From Trypanosoma brucei (Eukaryota), in contig CH464491.1 in assembly GCA_000002445.1 (NCBI GenBank), positions 1,696,001-1,760,000 of the forward strand: 64,000 nt of DNA, read 5' to 3'. This document shows positions 48,087 through 57,961 of this stretch, in pieces. The notes under the pieces are model-generated. The model did not search any database, was not told the origin of the DNA, and worked only from the letters and a program-made list of their open reading frames with translations. Position numbers and translations under genes: made by a program. Numbering within the stretch: position 1 is the first letter of the stretch; each line of letters opens with the position of its first letter.

Positions 48087-50828
48087 TTAAAGCTTGGCCG
48101 CGAATCCCTTACGCGCCTTCATCGCAGCCCTCCTATCCTTAATGGAGGCATGAGCAGCGGCAACAATCGCGACAGGCACACGGAATGGTGAGCAGGAGAC
48201 GTAGTCCAACCCCACCTTGTGGCAGAAACCAATGGTCGCAGGGTCGCCACCGTGCTCTCCACATATGCCCATCTTTAGCATTGGTTTCACTCTCCGACCC
48301 TTTGTCACGGCAATGCGCACCAGCTCACCAATGCCTTCTTGATCGATCGACTGGAAGGGATCCTGTGCGTATATCCCAAGGTTACCGTAGTGTCTTAAAA
48401 AGGGGCCGGCATCGTCACGGGAGAAGCCACATCCCATTTGAGTAAGATCGTTGGTGCCAAAGGAGAAGAAGTCCGCCTTTTGCGCGATTGAGTCGGCAGT
48501 TACTGCGGCGCGAGGAACCTCAATCATTGTGCCGACAGTGTAATGAACACGTTTTCCCGATTTTGTGATTACAGCTTCGGCCGTCTTTACCACCTCTTCC
48601 CTTATAAGCGAAAGTTCTTCCTTTTTCCCCACCAACGGAACCATGATTTCTGGGATAACACTGCTTCCTTCCTCACTTACCGCAATAGCCGCCTCGATGA
48701 TGGCCCTTACTTGCATATTGTAGATCTCAGGGTACGTGATACCCAGCCGGCATCCACGGTGGCCAAGCATAGGGTTCAACTCGTGCAACGCATTTACACG
48801 ATTTCGAACCTTCTCTGCAGGCATCCCAAGCTTCTGCGCAAGCTCAAATTGTGCAGCGGCGTCATGTGGCACAAACTCGTGCAGCGGCGGGTCGAGAAGC
48901 CGAATCGTCACGGGAAGTCCCCTCATCGCCCTCAATATGCCAACAAAGTCAGCACGCTGAATAGGTAACAGTTTGTCGAGGGCAGCCTTTCGGCCACTCG
49001 CCGAATCCGCCAGAATCATCTCACGGATGAAATTGATTCGGCTGCCCTCAAAAAACATGTGCTCCGTGCGGCACAACCCAACACCTTCAGCACCAAAACT
49101 GCGAGCCTTTGCAGCATCGGCGGGTGTGTCAGCGTTAGTGCGCACCCCAAGTCGTTTCATCTCCTGGCACCACTGAAGAATGGTCTGGAAGCTTCCCTTC
49201 AGATCTGGTGAACGAAGTTTCAGCTTGCCGGCGTATATCAGTCCTTTGGACCCGTCAATGGTGATGTAGTCGCCCTCCCGGAAGACACTGCCATTCAATT
49301 TAAATGACTTCCCCCTGATTACCATATCACCGCATCCGGAAACACAGCACTTACCCATTCCGCGAGCAACAACGGCTGCATGCGATGTCATCCCGCCACG
49401 TGCTGTAAGAATACCACATGCAGCATCCATGCCAGCAAGATCCTCTGGTGAGGTTTCAAGGCGTACCATGATAACTTTCTTCCCTCTACCACTCCACTCC
49501 TTTGCGGATTCTGCATCAAACACAACCTGGCCGACAGCGGCTCCGGGGCTCGCAGCAAGGCCCCTTCCGATGGGTTTGTTGGCCTTCTCAGCTCCAGGTT
49601 CAAGATTTGGGTGCATCAAATGGTCCACCTGATACGGGTCTATCCGCAAAACAGCTTCCTCCCTAGAGATAAGACCCTCATTGACCATATCGATGGCAAT
49701 ACGAACCGCTGCGTGAATCGTACGCTTGCCATTGCGACACTGAAGCAACCACAGTCGACCGTCCTGGACAGTGAACTCAAGATCTTGCATATCGCGGTAG
49801 TGATTCTCCAGTCTCTTACGAACATCACAGAGGAGTCTGTAGTTTTCGGGCATCGCCTCTTCCATGGATGGATAGCGCTTGCGACGCTCTTCTTCGCCGA
49901 CACCGTGAGCTTTGGCCCAGCGCAGCGAAAGCGAATGATTGATCTGTTGGGGGGTACGGATGCCCGCGACAACGTCTTCACCCTGCGCGTTAACAAGATA
50001 CTCTCCGAAGAAAAAGTTCTCGCCGGTGCTGGGACTGCGTGAGAAGGCAACGCCGGTGGCGGAGCGGTCGTTGATGTTACCAAACACCATTGCCTGGACA
50101 TTCACAGCCGTACCAAGAAGACCTGTGATGTTGTTCATGCGGCGGTAAATTGTGGCGCGGGGGTTACCCCAGCTACGAAACACAGCTTTGATGGCTGCGA
50201 ACAGCTGCATTACTGGGTCCTGGGGAAATGAGCACCCAGTCTTCAGCTCGAACAGCTCCAAGTACCCATCACAAAGCTCCTTTAGGTCCGAAGCGGTCAG
50301 GTCAGTATCAAATTTAGTACCACGTCTCTCCTTCATTCGGCTAAGTGCCTCCTCGAAGTCTTCACGCCCGACTTGCATCACAATGTCGGCGTACATAGTA
50401 ATAAAGCGACGGTATGAGTCATACACGAAGCGTTCGAGGCGAGGTGCGCGACGTACCCACGCGTCAACTGTCACCTTATTCAGACCGAGGTTCAACACAG
50501 TGTCCATCATACCAGGCATCGACGCTGCAGCCCCAGACCGCACTGAGAATAGTAGCGGGTTGGTAGGATCGCCAAACTTTGCCCCCATCTCCTTTTCCAC
50601 GCGGCTCACGTTCTCCCTCACCTGGTCCGCGACCTCTTGAGGAATAGTCTCCGTTTCTTGATACGTCTTGCAGGCTTCTGTGGTGATAGTAAATCCGGGA
50701 GGGACGGGGATGCCAAGGTTCACCATCTCTGCAAGGTTGGCTCCCTTCCCACCGAGGAGCTCCTTCATGTTCTTGTTACCGTCCGCCTTTCCACCACCGA
50801 AGTAGTAAACCCACTTTTTAGCCACCAT
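48087..50828 (-). CDS. PPDK: Pyruvate, phosphate dikinase (PPDK), 913 aa, with a C-terminal -AKL PTS1-type glycosomal targeting signal.
   Basis: Full-length PPDK with the PEP-utilising-enzyme phosphohistidine region GGMTSHAAVVARGMGKCCVSGC and a TIM-barrel PEP/pyruvate domain. The N-terminus MVAKKWVYYFGGGKADGNKNMKELLGGKGANLAEM and the C-terminal ...KGFAAKL fit the glycosomal trypanosomatid enzyme. Confidence 0.95.
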   Translation of the reverse strand: MVAKKWVYYFGGGKADGNKNMKELLGGKGANLAEMVNLGIPVPPGFTITTEACKTYQETETIPQEVADQVRENVSRVEKEMGAKFGDPTNPLLFSVRSGAAASMPGMMDTVLNLGLNKVTVDAWVRRAPRLERFVYDSYRRFITMYADIVMQVGREDFEEALSRMKERRGTKFDTDLTASDLKELCDGYLELFELKTGCSFPQDPVMQLFAAIKAVFRSWGNPRATIYRRMNNITGLLGTAVNVQAMVFGNINDRSATGVAFSRSPSTGENFFFGEYLVNAQGEDVVAGIRTPQQINHSLSLRWAKAHGVGEEERRKRYPSMEEAMPENYRLLCDVRKRLENHYRDMQDLEFTVQDGRLWLLQCRNGKRTIHAAVRIAIDMVNEGLISREEAVLRIDPYQVDHLMHPNLEPGAEKANKPIGRGLAASPGAAVGQVVFDAESAKEWSGRGKKVIMVRLETSPEDLAGMDAACGILTARGGMTSHAAVVARGMGKCCVSGCGDMVIRGKSFKLNGSVFREGDYITIDGSKGLIYAGKLKLRSPDLKGSFQTILQWCQEMKRLGVRTNADTPADAAKARSFGAEGVGLCRTEHMFFEGSRINFIREMILADSASGRKAALDKLLPIQRADFVGILRAMRGLPVTIRLLDPPLHEFVPHDAAAQFELAQKLGMPAEKVRNRVNALHELNPMLGHRGCRLGITYPEIYNMQVRAIIEAAIAVSEEGSSVIPEIMVPLVGKKEELSLIREEVVKTAEAVITKSGKRVHYTVGTMIEVPRAAVTADSIAQKADFFSFGTNDLTQMGCGFSRDDAGPFLRHYGNLGIYAQDPFQSIDQEGIGELVRIAVTKGRRVKPMLKMGICGEHGGDPATIGFCHKVGLDYVSCSPFRVPVAIVAAAHASIKDRRAAMKARKGFAAKL

Positions 50829-51070
50829 TGTGTATAGTGGATGCTGATAGGTTTAGATATTTGGTTATAATGAATTTAAATTCTCTTATAATAGCCTCAA
50901 ACTATGCGACGACGCAGGATTGTTCGCAGAAAATTCAAAGAAGACGGAGGAAAAGATTGACTGCAGTATCATAAATAAGTGAGACACTACATTAATCAAG
51001 TTCAAATGAAGGTAACTGCAGCGAAAAAACACTCAAACGCCAGCAAACACATGCGCTCCTCCATGAGTCG

Positions 51071-51844
51071 TCACACTATGAACTTCATACACCTAGTTGC
51101 CTCATGCACAACATGACATTCGATAGAGCAAAAAAGCGCAGTGCGACAACGTACGCATCTGTAACCCGCGGGAAGCAAACAAACGGAGCACAAGTGATGA
51201 CCACCCGCATGAGCCGGTGGTGGCGCCGTCATTGACGCGTAGCTCACCGGAGGAACCCGAAGCTCGGACGAGTTCAACCCTTGTGCAAGCAACCAGGAAC
51301 GGATGTATTGGCATTCACGGGCCAAGTCGTCAGAGGAAGCCGTCGTAGAATCCTTATCACATTCGATATCGTCGTTATTACCACTTGCTGAACCACATGA
51401 AGTCCTCCGGCCACTCCTCTTATCTTTTTCTGCATGTGGCTTGGCGTCCCGCCGCATACGCTTGCCGCGAACCGGAGGAGCAACTAACTCATCCTTCTCA
51501 GAAGATGCTGCAGACGACCACGTCGACACGGAAGATGAATCTCCCTCCGCCTTGGTCTCTCGATGCTGCTTTTCATCCTCATTCAATCCCATGGCCTTTA
51601 AGTAGGTACGGTGTTGTTCCAGGATGAATCGGCTAAGGTGAATACGCGACGGGGCGGTGGCCGACGCCACACTTTCCTCCAAGAACTCAGTCTCTGAAGC
51701 AACGCCATTCGCTGGAGGTGCATCACGCCGTTGCCTACGAAGTACATCGGTTACATTAACAAAAGCGTTGTCATCACAAAGTTTCTCCAGCCGCTCCTCC
51801 TGGAGCTGCTGCGCGTATGTGTTCCGGATGCGGGGGCCGACCAT
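51071..51844 (-). CDS. zf-HIT zinc-finger protein, 257 aa.
   Basis: C-terminal HIT-type zinc finger CSVCLLPAGYRCVRCRTALFCSIECHVVHEATRC. The rest is a charged, low-complexity segment. Confidence 0.6.
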   Translation of the reverse strand: MVGPRIRNTYAQQLQEERLEKLCDDNAFVNVTDVLRRQRRDAPPANGVASETEFLEESVASATAPSRIHLSRFILEQHRTYLKAMGLNEDEKQHRETKAEGDSSSVSTWSSAASSEKDELVAPPVRGKRMRRDAKPHAEKDKRSGRRTSCGSASGNNDDIECDKDSTTASSDDLARECQYIRSWLLAQGLNSSELRVPPVSYASMTAPPPAHAGGHHLCSVCLLPAGYRCVRCRTALFCSIECHVVHEATRCMKFIV

Positions 51845-52080
51845 GACTCTCTTTTAGGAAAGTGCTTTCAATTGCAATCCAATGTGAAAAGAGGACAACA
51901 AGAAGGATTTTAAAAAGCTGAGAATAAAAGTCCCAACAAAGATTCCTTCAAGAGTATATCTCCCACCACCACACAGGTCAAACAGAGGATAAGAACATAA
52001 ACCTAAAAAGATCAAAATCAATAAAACGGGAAATGGGCAAATAGAAACGGTGGTAAGTACACAGCTTACACCACGTCCTC

Positions 52081-52653
52081 TTACCGGTTGGCCTTGGCGA
52101 CGCGCTCCACCTCATCCTTCTTTTTGATGGCATAGGAATTGGAGCTACCCTTCGACGCATTCACGATCTCGTCCGCAAGGCACTCAGGAAGTGTCTTGAG
52201 GTTGCGAAACGCCGCCTCACGCGCCCCCTTGCACATGAGGTAGATTGCCTCATTAACACGGCGCATCGGTGACACATCAACAGCCTGCCGCCGCACAACA
52301 CCACCAGCGCCAACACGTGTGGAGTCCTCACGCGGAGCTCCCTTGGAGACGGCATCAATAACCACCTGAATGGGGTTCTGATCCGTCAACAAGTGAATGA
52401 TCTCCAATGTGTGCCTCACAAGACGCACGGCCTGCAGCTTCTTACCATTGCCACGACCCTTGAACATCAGACCATTCGTGAGGCGCTCCACAATGGGGAT
52501 GCGTGCCTTGCGGAAGCGCTTCTTCTGCCAACGTCCAGCAGAGTGAGGCACATATGTTGGTGTCCGCGTGATGTAGTCGTTAAGAGCTATCTCCGTCGTC
52601 TGGAGATTCTCATATGACCACTTGTTGAAGAGCTTCGGTGCCTTTGCGCTCAT
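52081..52653 (-). CDS. RPS5: 40S ribosomal protein S5 (uS7), 190 aa.
   Basis: Full-length uS7 match (…TEIALNDYI…[33 protein letters not shown]…[27 protein letters not shown]…), ending ...AKANR. Confidence 0.9.
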   Translation of the reverse strand: MSAKAPKLFNKWSYENLQTTEIALNDYITRTPTYVPHSAGRWQKKRFRKARIPIVERLTNGLMFKGRGNGKKLQAVRLVRHTLEIIHLLTDQNPIQVVIDAVSKGAPREDSTRVGAGGVVRRQAVDVSPMRRVNEAIYLMCKGAREAAFRNLKTLPECLADEIVNASKGSSNSYAIKKKDEVERVAKANR

Positions 52654-52891
52654 GATGGTTTTCTAAATTTATCAAACGTGAATTTTGTAGGCAAAGGGGG
52701 AAAGGCCGTAAGTGAAGCTGAATAACAGCAGCGAGAAAAGGTGAGAAAACAGAACGAAACAAAAGGGGGAGCATTTATGTACCACCTTATCGGTTATCTG
52801 CATATAAACGATTTGTACGCAAATGCTTGAGGGTTGTTTGATGGGTAGGGGAGCTGCCTCGTAAAGGTGAGGCCCTTGAACACAAACGCAC

Positions 52892-53746
52892 TCAAAAAAA
52901 GCCATTATCGTCACCGCTGCCCTCTGGCCCATCCAAGTCTCCACCATCGTCGTCGTCATCAATCCTGTAAGAGAGCGATGCCTCGTCATCGTCCTTGTCA
53001 TATCCAGCATCTCCCTCTTCCTCACGAATGTCCCCCTCTGCCCGCTTTGGTTGCACAGGGCCACGAGGTTTCTGCTCATCTTCCTCGGTCAGTTGTTTCT
53101 TGATTTTGCGAGCATCTTGAGGTTCCTCACCTATGTTGTAAACAAATACTTTAGCACCCCGTCGCATCGGTTTCACCAGGCGCTTTCGCTTAACTGGTCG
53201 AATCCTCAGGTGATCCATGGCAGTGCTAGACAACTCACACTTCGGAACACCGTAGCATCGAAGTTCGTTCGGGAGATTCAAGACCTCCTCCCACAATCGC
53301 AACTTTTGAGCAGTGGCCCCGCTCCTAGGTGATGCATCGTTTCCCACATACGTTTCGCTTCTTTCCTCTGTGCCAACACACAACAAAGCGGGGTAATGCA
53401 AAAGATTTAGCATTTCGTTACCGGACGCGATAATATCGAAAGCCCGCGCCTCAGCTGAACACTGATTGACATCAACAAAGCAGCCCACAAAATCACGGAG
53501 TAATGGCGGCGACTTCTTACACATAACGGAAACGCCGGCATCTGAAGTCACATCCCTCCCCCGCAAATCACCGACACCATCATCAATACTGGGTCCAACA
53601 ATAACCGACGTGTTTGCAAGGACACCACTGGAAGGTACAGTGTAGTAGTGGTAAACACGAGGTGGGTAAAGGGCTGTTGTGTAGCTATTAATAGCACCAG
53701 GTTGCTGTACCTTGTCTAGACGTCCCCTACGAAAACCAGTGCGCAT
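52892..53746 (-). CDS. Hypothetical protein of 284 aa with a strongly acidic D/E/G-rich C-terminal tail.
   Basis: Intact ORF with a real ATG at 53746, on the same strand and regularly spaced within the cluster. I recognise no domain. Confidence 0.5.
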   Translation of the reverse strand: MRTGFRRGRLDKVQQPGAINSYTTALYPPRVYHYYTVPSSGVLANTSVIVGPSIDDGVGDLRGRDVTSDAGVSVMCKKSPPLLRDFVGCFVDVNQCSAEARAFDIIASGNEMLNLLHYPALLCVGTEERSETYVGNDASPRSGATAQKLRLWEEVLNLPNELRCYGVPKCELSSTAMDHLRIRPVKRKRLVKPMRRGAKVFVYNIGEEPQDARKIKKQLTEEDEQKPRGPVQPKRAEGDIREEEGDAGYDKDDDEASLSYRIDDDDDGGDLDGPEGSGDDNGFF

Positions 53747-56149
53747 TCCTGGTAAAGTCAGCTATTCTAAAACAGTGAAGAAACAAACAGAGACGATGAA
53801 AGCGTTCTTCTTGCTCAGGCATGTGTAAAGAGCCACTCTTGTGGTACGTAACGGTACGTGGCAGGTGCCGGACCCGTACGGTATCAACTTCAGAGGCAGC
53901 ATGTTGTAAGCAACTACCGAATTAAAAAGTCATCGACACAAGCTGGTGATTCGTCCCCCCCCTCCTATTTTAAATTTTCTCGAGCTCCGAATCGTGCGTT
54001 AAGTGTCCCGAAGGTAATAACTAGCGGCGTGGTACCCAAGTGCAAGTTGAGCTCTCAAGTTCCACGCTCATGGAACTGAACTGGGGGCAGCATATGTCCT
54101 CGTACTTCGCTGATAACAACGGCAGTAACAGTTTAAACGTCACACATCGACGTTCTCCCGAGCGGCATTGGACAAAGAACTAAGAACTCGCACGTTCTAG
54201 CACGAGTAAATGGCACGGCTGCTTGCACAACCTTTAAAAAAAACGAAATAAAGTTACCAAAACGACATTAAAGGGGAAATGCAGTAACCCCAATGATATG
54301 ATATAACGGATAGTTTTGCTCCCTTCTCATGCGCGTGCGTAGGTACAGCAACAAAACGTTGTGAGCACCGTTGCGCCCTTTACGACACATCATCAGCATG
54401 TTTCATATAATGTAACAACAGATGAAAGAAACTTCCATCAATCCAGAGAGTCACAGCGATACGTGCAGAAAAGAAATCGAACGATATTTCAATTTGCTTC
54501 CAAACGAAATATGTCTTCATGTTACGCGTGTCTTTGTGTGTGTGTGAAAGCAAATTTGGAATGCAGTCAGTGATCAAAACTATGGATATGACCCCAAACC
54601 TGTCGAGGAGCAAAACTGTAACCCATCTACGGAAACGTGCGTCAACCATAGTGCCGGCATCGAAGATAAAAAGAGGGGTATTGACGCCTCCCTTCAAGTA
54701 GCGTGTTAGTCACAAACCGTAAATACCAACAACGACTATCCATCGGGACCTCCGTTCTTACATTACAGTACATAACTACGCGTGAGCACATCGACGTATT
54801 TGGCGGTTTTCTTGTGAGCAATCAAACACGAGAACTACCGGTGACATTACTGATCAAAAACTCTCGTGACTTCCATAACCAGTCACAATGTTAACCACTG
54901 GTCATTTTTACACAACACCAGCGACCAGTAGGCGTGATAAGATTGTACACGCGAAGGTCGACTGACGGCAGCCACAGTGGCAGTTTAGCAAATTTCAGAA
55001 TTTTTTTTACATTCGAGGTTGTCCTTTGCTTCGGCGAAACTAATCGCTCCAAGACAATATTCCTCACATGACATAATTCAGCACAATAAGCGCGGTACTT
55101 AACCCCAAGAAAAGTCAAACAGGCCATACCGTCATCAGAAACGATATATCGTGGGCGTTCAACTGAAAATAAATAACTTCGACCGCAAATACATGGTTTT
55201 ACCATCAGAACTCTCGAAGAGAAAAAACTTAATGGGGACACGACCCTACAATAAACAAATTACGAAGGATATCGAGGCAAGATCACACTTATCAAACACT
55301 AAAAATACTTCCAGCCTTCCCTTCACTTAAAGACAGTAAATTCTTACATTGCGCTATACAGTCCTAGTTAGTAAGAAATTGCTCCCACAGAATTAATCCA
55401 GAACGCATCGGTCGTTAGCAAATCGTTCCGACGGTAGATAAGGTCAAACGAGTCTTCGTTCCAGTACTTAACAAGGGGAAAACTTTTACTCAAAATGCGC
55501 TTTCTATTCGCCATCATGCGGCTCTGTCATGGCGTCACCGGCCCGACATACTCTCATCAAAAAGTGTAAACGAGAGAAGGGGAAACAGATCAGAGGGGGA
55601 AAAGATAAAAGCAACGACCTACAAGCAACAAAATAATTATTACTCCCTCACCAAGCACTTACCCCTATAAAAATTGAGCAGGGACAAACAATCCCGTGTA
55701 TGTTAGACAGAACCAATAGTTAAGAAACCAAGCACAACAAAAAGAAGAGTAGAACGAACATGCCCCTCGGTACCTCCAGAGCATTCCTCCTCCCCTCAGT
55801 TCCTCGGTAGCGCACCGCTGAATTAGCAAAAATACGTCAGCATGGAAAGAAAATGAGTCCCAGGGATAACTACCCACCACACACCCACTACAATGCCGCA
55901 GACAACAAAATATTTAAGTGGTGAAGCGCCACATGCACCTAGAAAAATGTGCGCGGGATAGTATTAACACTTCCAGTCCCTCCGTTACATGACATTACAT
56001 GCTCACGAGCGCAACAAGCCTTGTAAGCCACAAAGAGTGACGCCGACAGGAATTAATCCTGTGTTGAACCCTCTTATTCAAGAAAAAGAAAAATCGAGCA
56101 GGGCTGTACGACATTAGGAAACAATATTGAAACAAAGACGCCAATGACC

Positions 56150-56152
<3 letters not shown>

Positions 56153-56192
<40 letters not shown>
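56153..56192. repeat. (CA)n microsatellite, about 20 units.
   Basis: Direct reading: cacacacacacacacacacacacacacacacacacacac. Confidence 0.9.
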
Positions 56193-56195
<3 letters not shown>

Positions 56196-56542
56196 TCTCA
56201 TCACTCTCTTGGATGGCCCATACGTAGGAAAGTAGCCTCCAGATATCCTTCCCCACAGCAAAGAAAAAGGAATTAGGCAAATTCGGATATGTAGGAGCCT
56301 TCGAGATAATCAGTGGCTAAACAAAAAAAACTAGGACTATCAACGACTAATAGTGCAAAAGAATGCAAAGGACAAGAGAAGGCAACGGCATATATCCACG
56401 AAACCGAGTAAGATGTATACGTATGTGACCATATACATTCTCGTTTTCATCGGAGAGGGTCAACCAAACCGGAGGGAGAAATGTGACAAAAAATATTGAA
56501 GTAAGAACAGAGAAGTGTTGTTGTGATTAGTAGAAAAGTAGA

Positions 56543-57961
56543 TTATTTACGCCGGTGAGAACGAACAGAAGGGTCACGACGGCGACTTCGTCGCCGACTA
56601 CCGCGACGTCGTTCTCTGCTCGTTCTACGGTGCTTTTCCCGACTTCTTCTCCGCACACTTCGCTCTCGGCTCCGCGAGCGAGCCCTCCGCCCACGTGGGG
56701 GTAGTGACACATGTCTCATGACGCATTCGCTCCGTGTGCACCGACCCCTCATAAAATCTCTGCAAATTTGCCGTTCCTTGGGGACAACAGAAAGTTTCCT
56801 CTCTTGCTCTCGTTTCTCGCTACAGTCCTTTTCGGTATGACCGCTCACATAACAGAAGGTGCATGTCGGCTCATGACCTCCATTTCCCGTCGCAGGTATA
56901 GCATCACTGAGCTTGTTTGTCATCAGCTTTTCGATACCTTTTGGAGGTTTCCCCGGCGGTGGTTTGGGAATGGGACCGCTTCTCTTCTTAACGCTGATAG
57001 TTACACGTGTCCCATTTGAAAGGGCGTATTCTTCGGTAGGATTAATAAAGAAGCGGACTTCGGTGGGCTCATCGGCATCAACATGTTGCACCACTTCGGT
57101 TTCGACGGGTTCAGCACCAATAAGCTTCAACAGTTCTTCGGGCGAAGCTTCTTCAGGGGATTCTTCAAAACCCTCGTTGTTTACGTTACTTTCACCAAAG
57201 GTACTTTCGTCTTGCACCTGTTTCAGTAGAACTTCCCCTCCGGGTCTCGCCCCCGCCTCAGGTGCAGATGGATTTACCGTTTCCGGACCCTGACGAAGCA
57301 TCTGCTGGTGCTGTCGTTCTTGCTGCGCTTGCTGCTGCTGAATTTCATCTTCAGCGTCTGCAACACGCCTCAACGCCTCTAGTGCCTCTTTAGCCTGCTG
57401 TTCTTCGGCTTCTCTTGTCGCTTGACGAATTAATTGTCTAGCCTCTCTTTGCGTTTGTAAACGTTGGTTCCACCTTAAGAACATAGGGTGCTCTGCTGAC
57501 AAAAAGCCGTATCTTGGTGTAGTCCGCAGCAGCTCATTGACGTCAATGCAAGAATCGCCGTTCTCGTTAAAATTCTTTTCTTCCTCATTTAATATATTTG
57601 CCAATAATTCGGACATGGCCGCAGTCGATTGGAGTTTAATCACTAACGTCAGAAGCTGGGCCGCGATATCTTCAAAATCTGCGCGACTTCCAACGAACTG
57701 GTTGTTGACGGCAATAATCATATAATGAAGTGGTATGTTAGATTTTGCCGCAGGTGAACCAACCTCAGTTGACAAGACCTCAGCATCTTCCGTTAGTTTC
57801 AGTCCCAGTGCTGACAGAGGTTCACTTGCATATTGCCTCTCAACACGCCTAAGTATTACCCCATCCCCATCAGGGGGTGCGTTATTGTCAATTGCAGCTG
57901 ATGTTGTCCTCCCTGACTTAAGTTTCTCGAGGAACGATTTCGCGGATCCAGTCCCCTGCAT
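56543..57961 (-). CDS. RNA-binding-type zinc-finger protein of 472 aa. It has a PDZ-like N-terminal segment, a coiled-coil Q/E-rich middle, a CCHC zinc knuckle, a CCCH zinc finger and a C-terminal Arg/Ser-rich (RS-like) tail.
   Basis: CCHC knuckle CTFCYVSGHTEKDC (C-x2-C-x4-H-x4-C). CCCH finger CRDFMRGRCTRSECVMRH (C-x7-C-x5-C-x3-H). Tail RRARSRSRERSVRRRSREKHRRTSRERRRGSRRRSRRR. PDZ-like segment GLKLTEDAEVLSTEVGSPAAKSNIPLHYMIIAVNNQFVGSRADFEDIAAQL. Real ATG at 57961. Confidence 0.6.
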   Translation of the reverse strand: MQGTGSAKSFLEKLKSGRTTSAAIDNNAPPDGDGVILRRVERQYASEPLSALGLKLTEDAEVLSTEVGSPAAKSNIPLHYMIIAVNNQFVGSRADFEDIAAQLLTLVIKLQSTAAMSELLANILNEEEKNFNENGDSCIDVNELLRTTPRYGFLSAEHPMFLRWNQRLQTQREARQLIRQATREAEEQQAKEALEALRRVADAEDEIQQQQAQQERQHQQMLRQGPETVNPSAPEAGARPGGEVLLKQVQDESTFGESNVNNEGFEESPEEASPEELLKLIGAEPVETEVVQHVDADEPTEVRFFINPTEEYALSNGTRVTISVKKRSGPIPKPPPGKPPKGIEKLMTNKLSDAIPATGNGGHEPTCTFCYVSGHTEKDCSEKREQERKLSVVPKERQICRDFMRGRCTRSECVMRHVSLPPRGRRARSRSRERSVRRRSREKHRRTSRERRRGSRRRSRRRDPSVRSHRRK

